Assembly (NCBI RefSeq): GCF_000306885.1
Contig: NC_018267.1
Coordinates: forward strand, 870,001 to 902,000
Length of the DNA stretch: 32,000 bases
From: Wolbachia endosymbiont of Onchocerca ochengi
GTDB taxonomy: Bacteria > Pseudomonadota > Alphaproteobacteria > Rickettsiales > Anaplasmataceae
Reading direction: 5' to 3'
Part shown: piece after piece, positions 20,179 to 29,105 of the stretch
Numbering within the stretch: the stretch's first letter is position 1
Layout of the letters: every line of letters begins with the position of its first letter
Notes under the pieces: model-generated
What the model saw: the letters and a program-made list of their open reading frames with translations, nothing else
Told to the model about the DNA's origin: nothing
The model's database searches: none
Position numbers and translations under genes: made by a program

Positions 20179-22860
20179 TTACCTAATACATTTGGATTTA
20201 ACACTAAACTGCGCTGCCACCAATTTTGCGATTGGTACTCTATAAGGTGAACATGAAACGTAATCCACACCTGATTTGATGAAAAATTCTATAGATTGTG
20301 GATCTGCACCGTGCTCTCCACATACACCAAGTTTTATCTTTTTTCGCATTTTTTTGCTCTTCTCGGCAGCTATTTTGATTAACTCGCCTACCCCTTCAAT
20401 ATCTAGTACTTCAAATGGATCGTTTCCAAATATATTATTTTTCCTGTAAGAATCAAGAAAGTTTACTGAATCATCTCTTGAAAGTCCCATGGTTGTTTGT
20501 GTTAAATCATTAGTGCCAAAACTAAGAAATTCCGCGTGTTGTGCTAATTTATCAGCAATCAGTGCTGCTCGTGGCAGCTCTATCATCGTTCCAATTGAAT
20601 AAGCCTTACCTGGTGCCATTTCAGTGTATGACATCGGAATCTGTGCTTGGATTTCATCCAAGATGACAGAAGATTCTTTTTTTATCAACTCGCATATCAG
20701 AATCAACTCTCTCTCATCCATGACAAAAGGGATCATAATTTCAGGCATAACTTCTACCTTTTTCTCTTCTTTTAACTCATTTGCAGCATTGAGTATCGCC
20801 CTAATTTGCATGCTATATATTTCAGGATAAGAAATGGCGAGCCTACAACCTCTGTGGCCAAGCATTGGATTTTTTTCTGATAACTGTGCTATTTTATTTT
20901 TTACTAACTCAACGGGCTTATTCAGTGACTTAGCAATCCCTTCTATAATAGAGTGATCATTAGGCAAAAACTCATGCAGAGGTGGATCAAGCAAACGTAT
21001 AGTAATCTCTCTACCCTCCATAATAGAAAATATTTCTTTAAAATCAGATTTTTGCATTTCTTCTAATTTACTTAATGCACTTGCTCTTTCATTTTTATCG
21101 TCAGCTATTATTAACTTTTGAATAAACTCAATTCTATCATGAACAAAAAACATATGTTCTGTGCGACACAAACCTATACCTTCTGCGCCAAATTCTTTAG
21201 CAATCCTTGCATCTTTTGGGGTATCAGCATTTGCTCTTATTTTAATCGTTTTGATTCCATCTACCCAGTTAATTATTGTTTTAAATTCCTGTGATAATCT
21301 AGGTAAAATTGTAGGAAGAATGCCAAGCATTACCTCACCTGTCCCTCCATTGATGGTAATTGGTTCACCTTTTTTTACTTTTATATTCCCTACAGAAAAG
21401 AAATTCCCTCCTTTATCTAGATAAAGTCCGTTTACACTACAAATGCACGGCTTACCCATTCCTCTTGTAACAACAGCGGCATGTGAAGTCATTCCTCCTC
21501 GTGCTGTTATTATACCGCTTGCAGCATTCATTCCATTAATATCTTCAGAACTCGTCTCTGGCCTCACCAAAACTACTTTTTTACCCTGCTCTACAGCTTT
21601 CTCTGCATCATTTGCACTAAATACCACATACCCAGAAGCAACACCAGGAGAAGCCGGCAGTCCTTTTCCTATTATTTTTTGATCACTTTTAATATCAAGA
21701 ACCGGATGCAATAAACTACCAAAAATCTTTGGATTAATTCTCAATATCCCTTCTCCTTTTGTAATCACTCCTTCGCTTACCATATCAACTATTATACGAA
21801 CGGTAGCCTCAGCCGTGCGTTTACCAGATCTAGTTTGCAAAATCCATAACTTACCATCCTGAACAGTAAATTCAACGTCCTGCATGTCTTTATAGTGTGC
21901 TTCAAGTTTTTCACATACATCGCACAATTCTCGATACACGCTTGGCATCAATTTTTCCATGGTATTTTCTTGCTCCCCATTAATCGACATAGGAGTGTAA
22001 ATACCTGAAACCACATCTTCACCTTGAGCATTGACCAAAAATTCACCAAAAAATTTCTTTACTCCAGTTGAAGGATCACGCGTAAATACCACACCAGTCG
22101 CAGAATTATTATTTAAATTACCAAAAACCATTGCTTGTACATTCACTGCAGTTCCAAAGGCTTCAGGAATATTATTTATCTTTCTATAGGAAACAGCTCT
22201 ATCATTCTGCCAAGAAAAAAATACTGCATTCACCGAGCTGAACAACTGTTCTTCAACACTCTGCGGAAAATGTTTTTCAGTTTTTTCATATACTATTTTC
22301 ATAAAATGAGTAATAATCTTCTTTAAAATACTAATACTAAAGTCAGCTAAATTTTTCACTCCTCTCTTTTGTTTTTCATTATCAATAACACTCTGAAACA
22401 AGTGATAGTCAAGCTTCAGTACAACACTCGAGTACATTATGATGAAACGACAGTAGCTATCATAGGCAAAGCGTTCTCCACTTTTTTTTGCAAGTCCAAC
22501 AACAGTTACATCATTTAGACCAACATTCAAAATTGTATCAAGCATACCCGGCATTGAATTTACGCTACCAGAGCGTATAGAAACTAATAAAGGATTATCC
22601 GAGCCTCCAAATTTACACCCAACGTCACTTTCGAGCATCACCATGTATCTTTTGATTTCATTACACAAATTGTCAGATAGTCCCTGCTTACAGGCAGAGG
22701 TGGAGATTGTGAAACCAGGTGGAACGGGAACACCAATTTTACACATTTCTGCCAAATTTGCACCTTTTCCTCCTAGCAGATTTTTCATTTCTGCATTACC
22801 TTCACACTTAATTTGGCTAAAGTAATATATCAACTTTTCTCTCATTGGTCCTTTACTCAC
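20179..22860 (-). CDS. ppdK: Pyruvate, phosphate dikinase
   Basis: 893 aa. It has the N-terminal ATP-grasp motif LLGGKGANLAEM, the phosphohistidine swivel motif GGMTSHAAVVTRGMGKPC, and C-terminal PEP-utilizer TIM-barrel motifs GLCRTEHMF, SFGTNDLTQ and VCGEHGADP. Confidence 0.97.
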   Translation of the reverse strand: MSKGPMREKLIYYFSQIKCEGNAEMKNLLGGKGANLAEMCKIGVPVPPGFTISTSACKQGLSDNLCNEIKRYMVMLESDVGCKFGGSDNPLLVSIRSGSVNSMPGMLDTILNVGLNDVTVVGLAKKSGERFAYDSYCRFIIMYSSVVLKLDYHLFQSVIDNEKQKRGVKNLADFSISILKKIITHFMKIVYEKTEKHFPQSVEEQLFSSVNAVFFSWQNDRAVSYRKINNIPEAFGTAVNVQAMVFGNLNNNSATGVVFTRDPSTGVKKFFGEFLVNAQGEDVVSGIYTPMSINGEQENTMEKLMPSVYRELCDVCEKLEAHYKDMQDVEFTVQDGKLWILQTRSGKRTAEATVRIIVDMVSEGVITKGEGILRINPKIFGSLLHPVLDIKSDQKIIGKGLPASPGVASGYVVFSANDAEKAVEQGKKVVLVRPETSSEDINGMNAASGIITARGGMTSHAAVVTRGMGKPCICSVNGLYLDKGGNFFSVGNIKVKKGEPITINGGTGEVMLGILPTILPRLSQEFKTIINWVDGIKTIKIRANADTPKDARIAKEFGAEGIGLCRTEHMFFVHDRIEFIQKLIIADDKNERASALSKLEEMQKSDFKEIFSIMEGREITIRLLDPPLHEFLPNDHSIIEGIAKSLNKPVELVKNKIAQLSEKNPMLGHRGCRLAISYPEIYSMQIRAILNAANELKEEKKVEVMPEIMIPFVMDERELILICELIKKESSVILDEIQAQIPMSYTEMAPGKAYSIGTMIELPRAALIADKLAQHAEFLSFGTNDLTQTTMGLSRDDSVNFLDSYRKNNIFGNDPFEVLDIEGVGELIKIAAEKSKKMRKKIKLGVCGEHGADPQSIEFFIKSGVDYVSCSPYRVPIAKLVAAQFSVKSKCIR

Positions 22861-22989
22861 AAATATACTATATACATGATTTCAATAAGCTCGTCTGGAC
22901 TTGAAATCATAGGGTAATAAATTTTGCAAAACTTAGCAACAGAGTTTCTTGTAATAACGTCAGTAAAGTATAAATAACAAATCATTAAA

Positions 22990-23670
22990 TGATTCTCAAT
23001 GAGAATATATAATTCAATGTCATTTTAAAGACTTTTTACAGATCTTCTGAAGTTTCTTGATGTTTTTAGCTACTTATTTATATTTTGAGATTGATGTTAA
23101 AAAGCGGGGTTACTGTTGATATTTCTTATAAAGCTTTTCTAAGCTCTAGATACAGAAGAACATAGTTAGTTGTTCAATAAGCTAAAGATCTTGAAAGCAT
23201 ACTCAATGTCACGTAGCTAAAATTTACTCAAGTTAAAAGTAGATCAAGGAAACAATAATTATCATAACCTCAAGAAATTCACCTTTATATCTGTTGCTAA
23301 CTGAAGCATTTTTCCAGATAAGGCTAATCACAAATCAAATTATATTTATATTATTCAGAATGAGAACACTAGTGAACACGACTTAAAGAACCTTTATTTC
23401 ATATCTATTGAGCTGCAAAAATTTATAAAAACAAAAGAAGAATAACTGAGGAGTATAATAGAAAAGTGGTATCATTTCTTTAATATACAGCAGAAATTAA
23501 AAGAAAAGAACTTAGATAAATAACAAGAATAACCTAATAATAAAACAAGCTCATGAAGAGGTAAGTAAGTTTATTAATTTGCCGAGAGAAGAGCTACTAG
23601 CATATGAGCAAAGAAAAAACGTTTAATAGATGAAAACAGCAGCTCTTCTTATGGTCAGTATCTCTATAAA
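22990..23670 (+). pseudogene. Decayed PD-(D/E)XK nuclease-family transposase (Rpn/YhgA-like, TIGR01784-type)
   Basis: One frame (about 23245-23490) reads QGNNNYHNLKKFTFISVAN*SIFPDKANHKSNYIYIIQNENTSEHDLKNLYFISIELQKFIKTKEE*LRSIIEKWYHFFNIQ. This matches the family pattern L.d.l.f.fIELpKF.k....L....ekW..F. Downstream come INLPREELLAYEQRK and KRLIDENSSSSYGQ in adjacent frames. Confidence 0.55.
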
Positions 23671-26600
23671 CGTTACGGCTCAAATTATTGATCCTTTTGT
23701 CAAATGGCGAATTTTAATATTTCACTTAAATTATTTATTCTAAGCCCTAAGATCAAGGCTTCCGTCTCTATATTACCCAATAAGTCATCATAGGTATAGG
23801 TTGCCGTTTTAAAAACAAGCCATTTTTCTGGTTGCGCTTAAAAAGATATTATTGAAGCATCAAGTAGAGTAAAATTTCACCTGCGGTACAGTTACATTCT
23901 TTAGTGCCTCATTACCACCGAATTAAATTGCTAAGCTTAACTCATTTTTATCTATAAGCTTGGCGCTTTGAATTTTTATTACTTCTTTTTCAATCAGCAT
24001 GAATGTATAACAGACAGCTCACCAAAATTCAACTGTAATTCTTTTATTAATATACTCCATTACATATCACAAGTAGACTGTTCATTTGTACCTGCGATAG
24101 GTTTATAATTCTTATTACTGTTATAAAAAATAAAAAGTATCGCTTCTTTTCAATTTTCTCCCTTACTAACTAAAGTAAAGCTTGCAGTATTACCTTTAGT
24201 ATAATATACCATAAATCTATCGTTTCTATATTATGGTTTTTTGATGCAAAAAAAAAGGTATTTTAAAAGAATAAATAATCTTATTAAGGAAAGAAGAGTT
24301 TATGTATATGGAACGGTCATAACTAACACTACTTACCTAAATATACATGTCTTTAAATTTTGTTTTTACAATTCTTTTTTATAGTATACTTTCCCTATTA
24401 TCTAAAACTGTTATTTCACCTCACGGTGAAAGCCACGCATGTTTTATTGGCAGCTTTAAATTGCATACATTTCTCCCCTGCACAAAAAAAATAAAGTAAA
24501 ACTTTGGCTATGTTTTTGCGCCCTTCCTTCATAAGTGCAGGATTTCAACTATTATGACAACATTTTGATTTGGTAGTCAGAAATACTTAATATCAACTAG
24601 ACAGTCAAAATTACGGTTAAAATAGACAACGTTGACTGATTGTTCAAGTCTGCCCAATTCTAACATTAATAAGTTATATCAGCCTTAAACTGTGATTAAA
24701 AACAACTTTTTATCAACTGATATTTTATGTTGTACAACAGCTCCTCTGTTCTTTTAGACTACTTCAAACTTAGAGTTCTGCTCAGCTACATCAAAAAAAG
24801 TGACTTTACAACATCTTAATCATTGAATTTACGGATTGTTAATTGTTTATGCCATATTTAAATAACGCCCTTTAACGTCTCACTTACATCAAAATAATTA
24901 CTTTTTAAAATCAGCATTTTACAGTAGATTAGATAGAACTCTGAAAGAAATATTAGCTGCGAAACTTTTTCCTGAAATCAAACACCACGCCTTCAGTTAT
25001 AGTAAGTCAGCACACACATCAGATAAATTAGAGAAACAAGAAAATAACCTTGTATTCCATACCAAGAAAACATTTTTCCCACTATTTCTGAATTCTACCA
25101 CTTTTTTATCATCCCTTCAATTGCAGTTTTATGTAAAAGAAAGATCACTCTTCATTTGAATTAGGAAATCAATATTTAGTAACCCATATTTTTTCATTTT
25201 TGGTTTCACTTTGTTTTACTACTACCAGGATTTATGTGAGCTTCACTTTACTATTTCTCCATATTTTCTTATTGCATATTTGTTGTCATTATACTTTACT
25301 CTCTTAGTTCGCTCTTTAAATAATCATAGAAGTAATTATACCTAACTTCATTATTCAAGCTATTAACTACACCTTCGCAGAATAAAAAAACAAAAAGAAG
25401 GTTTGAAACCATCAGTAAGTGAGAAACAAATGTCCTTACTCAACACCACATTGTTGATTTGCCACTATCTTTTGAAATTAGCTGAGTACTATCTTTAATT
25501 GCCCCACTTATCATCACAGGCACCACTATAGAATTACCCTTAAACTCAACTACAGAGTATACTTTACAATCTTTGATATTCAAATCGCTTATACAAACTA
25601 ACTAACCATTATTGACACCCACTTACTTAAGGTTTAATAAACCTTCTTTTAGTTAATCTAAAAAAAAGCGCAATGCTTTTTTAGGTAACTTCATAATCCA
25701 CCCTTTTTACGCTAGTCCATATTTAGGTACACTGGTTGCTACTTTACCCTTTCTTACACAACTTTCTTTTATATTTTGTATCATACATAAACTTTTTTGA
25801 ATATGATATTGTGATATTCCTAATGTTTTTCATTACTGAAAATTCACTTAGCCATAATACAGTTTACACTTTAAAAATAAATATCTGAACATAGTTACCA
25901 TAGTCTTTCAAAGGAAAACTCTTGATATCTATACAAGATATTCCTTCAATTGCGAAATGGATCAGGATTCTGACCTTCTGCACTGCTGTAAAAACATACT
26001 CTATTTCATCAAAACTCAACAACTTTGTACCTGCTCAGTACTTATTTAATTCTTTTACTTCTCTTTTGCAACTTGTAATTGCAAGCGTTACATAGTAGTT
26101 ATACACGACACCCATATCATTTCAGTCGGTCATCTCCTCTTTTTTCATTAGTTGAATTTAAATAATATTTCCTCTACAACATGAATAGTTCCATAGATAA
26201 TTGAAACTGTCCTACCGCAGATTAAGGTTCAAGCTTACAGATTTTTTAGCTTTGTCTACACATTACCTTTTGTTCGGCATCAAGACTACAAATATTGCAT
26301 TACTGAGCTGTTCACCAAAAAAAGAGTTCAGACTCTAAACCGATAACCTAACTAGACTAAAAATGCTGCCAATTTAGCCTAAAATTAATGATAAAATCAT
26401 TATAGACATAACAATCCTCTCTTTTAATAGATTTTTTTTAAACTGTTGGACTGAAAGTTAACCCACATAGTAAACTCCATGATAGAGCATCTTTCACCCC
26501 AGCACATTGCTTTTTGCTATCTAAGTAGTTGACACTGAAGTTCAAAAAAAGCTATATATAGCGTCAGTTACTTTCATGGCGTCGTTTTTGTACGCATTAT

Positions 26601-27168
26601 CTTAGCAAAACAAATATTTGTATATATGTATAGCCACTATAAAAATTTTTTTAATCTACAATGCCAATAATATATACTATGCTATACTGACAATAGACTA
26701 TACAATTTAATAAGCTACACAAAAGTTAGTCATAGCTAATAGAACCTCTAAGAGATAGAAAAACATAATATAAATACAATAGAAATATATATACACCTGC
26801 CTTCATTGAAGAAGGGATACACTACATTTTTTACATAGTTTTATCGTTCAACAAAAAAAACTTGCAAGCAAAAACAAATTCTGATTCTAAAACATTATTA
26901 CTGTTAATTACAATGGAACTACAAAAATATGCTAAGCAATTTTTTTGTTGAATTTATAGTTTCACTTTATTATCTACAACTTCACCTACGATTATAAAAC
27001 ATTGTTTATCATAAGAAAGTCATCCAAGCAGCTCTTTTTTTTCTGTTACCTCAAAGCACTTGATACTAGGACCCAAAGAATTCACTTTTAACCAAGTAGC
27101 TGCATAATAAGGAGTAGATTCTAGCATCACATACTGGTATGATGATATCGATCTCAGAAAGTTTTCTA

Positions 27169-28110
27169 TTAAATTCGATAAAGAAAATCATTTATAATCG
27201 CCATAGCAACTAACGTTGAAACATAACGCGCCTTGTGATCTAATAAATAGAGGCTTTTATCCAATTTTACAGTAAGTGCTTCCAGATGGCTTCGAAAGCA
27301 AATATTACCATACTTATCTTCAATAGCCTCTATTACTCCATTATTGGAAAATGCTGCAACTTTATAACCAAGTGACTCCAACTTCTTTCTATTTTCTGAC
27401 GTATTACTCACTTCCCCTGAATGAGCATCCGGAAAATATGTTAAAAACCAGCCATTCTCATTAGGTGGTAAAAATTTAGCTACCACTTTTGCTAAGTGGC
27501 TATTTGGAATTATCTTTATCTGCTGAAGAGGTACATTTTCTTGCTGCTGTAGATTAGGTGTTGATCTTAAATGAAACCTTTGCTTCTCTTCATCGCTCAC
27601 AAGATTTGCCACATTTACTACTTCAATCCCTTTTGTATTCATAATGCATTGCAAACCACCACATATACTAAGCAAGTGAATTGCAGGATTATTATTCACT
27701 ATTTCCACAATTGCTTCAGTAACAAGTTGGTGGCATGGAGCAAGAAAAAATTGTTCTAAGTACAAATTACAATAATTTCCTAGAATAAATATCCTATTTA
27801 TTTTGTGCTCTTCAATGAATTTTGCAACTTCAACTTTTACTCTCTCTAATATCAGTTTTCTTGCTAATATTTCATCCTGTTCCGTAAAATTAAGTGACTC
27901 TGTCTGGATTTTTTTAAGGCTAATTATCTTATCACAATCAATCAAAACAGTCCTAACTTTCCAATTATTAAACATTTCATAGATATTTCGAGATAAATTA
28001 ATCTCACACGGATATGTTTTTTCCTCTGTTTTCAATAAACCAACAACTATACTACCATTTATTAGATGTAAACTTCCACTAGCACTTGCATAAGCAATGC
28101 TATTGAACAA
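27169..28110 (-). CDS. Class I glutamine amidotransferase-like / peptidase C26 (gamma-glutamyl hydrolase-like) protein, probably exported
   Basis: 313 aa from a TTG start. It has the nucleophile-elbow motif LLSICGGLQCI and a His/Glu pair in FRSHLEAL (compare QFHPE). The frame stays open 19 codons further upstream (to 28167) and encodes the rest of a signal peptide (see finding). Confidence 0.7.
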   Translation of the reverse strand: MFNSIAYASASGSLHLINGSIVVGLLKTEEKTYPCEINLSRNIYEMFNNWKVRTVLIDCDKIISLKKIQTESLNFTEQDEILARKLILERVKVEVAKFIEEHKINRIFILGNYCNLYLEQFFLAPCHQLVTEAIVEIVNNNPAIHLLSICGGLQCIMNTKGIEVVNVANLVSDEEKQRFHLRSTPNLQQQENVPLQQIKIIPNSHLAKVVAKFLPPNENGWFLTYFPDAHSGEVSNTSENRKKLESLGYKVAAFSNNGVIEAIEDKYGNICFRSHLEALTVKLDKSLYLLDHKARYVSTLVAMAIINDFLYRI

Positions 28111-28254
28111 CAGAATTACACCTAATAAGATACTAAATACCTTGTTATAATACTTACACGTTATAACCTACCTAATACCTATACTTATATAAGTATTATA
28201 ATACAATAATAAAACATTTTGCAACAAAAAGTAAATTTGGTAAGAAGGAGAAAG

Positions 28255-28327
28255 TGGCCTGAGCAGGAATTGAACCAGCGACACAAGGATTTTCAGTCCT
28301 TTGCTCTACCAACTGAGCTATCAGGCC
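28255..28327 (-). tRNA. tRNA-Phe (anticodon GAA)
   Basis: The reverse complement is GGCCTGATAGCTCAGTTGGTAGAGCAAAGGACTGAAAATCCTTGTGTCGCTGGTTCAATTCCTGCTCAGGCCA. It folds as a 73-nt cloverleaf with a 7-bp acceptor stem, D arm GCTC/GAGC, anticodon stem AAGGA/TCCTT, loop CTGAAAA and a TTCAATT T-loop. There is one U-U mismatch in the T stem (51:63). No CCA is encoded. Confidence 0.9.
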
Positions 28328-28407
28328 ATCATGTGCTTTCATTCTTAAATAAAAAATGTTATCATGTCTATTAAAAGTTTTTAAAGCAATTTTTATAAAA
28401 ATAAAAA

Positions 28408-28732
28408 GTGGACACTGACAATAAAATAGAAATTTATCCTAGCATACTTGACCCTATAACCTTTGGGCATATTGGCATAATAAAAAGGGAATATAAACTA
28501 GTTAGTAAATTATTAATTAACATTATAGAAAACACTAATAAGTACACATACACTACTTTTAACGCAAAGCTACATACAAGCATGGTAAATTATAAACTTC
28601 CCATAAAATTGAGACTATATTTCCTCCTGCTCTAAAGACACTCAATTTATCTCATCAAGTTTTGTAAAAAAAATAGCAGGATTAGGAGAAAGTGTTAGCA
28701 AATTTGCTCTAGAAAGAGTTCAAAAGAGTTGA
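28408..28732 (+). pseudogene. coaD: Phosphopantetheine adenylyltransferase (coaD) pseudogene with an internal deletion and frameshift
   Basis: The 5' frame gives KIEIYPSILDPITFGHIGIIKREYKLVSKLLINIIENTNKYTYTTF (compare CoaD AVYPGSFDPITNGHLDII.RA...FD.l..a.a.N..K...F) and stops at 28633-28635. A different frame then gives LSSSFVKKIAGLGESVSKFALERVQKS* (stop 30 at 28730-28732), which matches the CoaD C-terminus ISSSLVKE.A..GGDVS.FVP. About 65 central codons are missing. Confidence 0.75.
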
Positions 28733-28790
28733 TTAACTTCAACATGAATAAAGCAAGAAGTGAAGAATAGTATTTATTTTCCACTCCCAA

Positions 28791-28814
28791 ATATATATAT
28801 ATATATATATATAT
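28791..28814. repeat. (AT)12 dinucleotide microsatellite
   Basis: It can be read directly as 24 nt of perfect alternating AT. It lies 35 nt upstream of the zf-CHCC start codon. It also generates the spurious IYIYIYIW ORF on the minus strand. Confidence 0.97.
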
Positions 28815-28849
28815 TTAATACATAAAATATTATAAACCAAAGGAGCAAC

Positions 28850-29074
28850 ATGACAGAAGTAAGGAATAATAGTGTAATAATAGTTTGTTGCCGCGGCGAT
28901 GAGAACGATAATGGTTCTGGTCATCCGCTAATATATTTATATAAAGAAAAAGGAAAAACATTTTGTCCTTATTGTAATAAGCTAATGGATGAAGAATTTA
29001 AATCTAAAGAACCTAAACCCGCTGATAAATCTATTATGGAAGCAGCCAATAAAAGGAGAAAAATCCATGGGTGA
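28850..29074 (+). CDS. Zinc-finger CHCC-type (zf-CHCC / NDUFS6-like) small protein
   Basis: 74 aa. VIIVCCRGDENDNGSGHPLIYLYKEKGKTFCPYCNKL fits the alphaproteobacterial zf-CHCC pattern (C.G......GHP.vyL......v.CPYC...f). A strong SD, AAAGGAG (28839-28845), lies 4 nt before the ATG. Confidence 0.8.
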   Translation: MTEVRNNSVIIVCCRGDENDNGSGHPLIYLYKEKGKTFCPYCNKLMDEEFKSKEPKPADKSIMEAANKRRKIHG

Positions 29075-29105
29075 ACTTTAACAGCATTCCACTTTTTAAA
29101 GTTAG

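Noticed and set aside
23851-23900. The minus-strand translation ...NVTVPQVKFYST*CFNNIF... looks like a thioredoxin-fold V.F(W/Y)A.WC..C active-site region with the Trp codon mutated to TGA.
   Set aside because: The second cysteine is absent and the flanking sequence shows no further thioredoxin/TlpA/CcmG-like motifs that I can align. It is too weak without a database search.
24477-24541. A 7-bp inverted repeat CCTGCAC / GTGCAGG spaced 51 nt apart in a relatively GC-richer patch of the large ghost block, raising the possibility of a structured ncRNA.
   Set aside because: The stem is short with no compensatory extension and no resemblance to RNase P, SRP, tmRNA or 6S conserved cores that I can recall. 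Such a repeat is expected by chance.
26548-26559. Perfect 12-bp palindrome GCTATATATAGC.
   Set aside because: It is isolated and AT-cored, with no repeat partners or adjacent gene to regulate. It is likely a chance occurrence in AT-rich ghost DNA.
28739-28924. Minus-strand 61-aa ORF containing IYIYIYIW.
   Set aside because: It is an artefact of reading through the (AT)12 microsatellite, and it overlaps the well-supported zf-CHCC gene start.
29074-29103. Hairpin AACTTTAA-(14 nt)-TTAAAGTT in the 31-nt gap between the convergent zf-CHCC and cdsA genes, a candidate bidirectional terminator.
   Set aside because: The 8-bp stem has a single G:C pair and a 14-nt loop, with no flanking U-tract in either direction. 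It is thermodynamically too weak to call without folding energies or 3'-end mapping.
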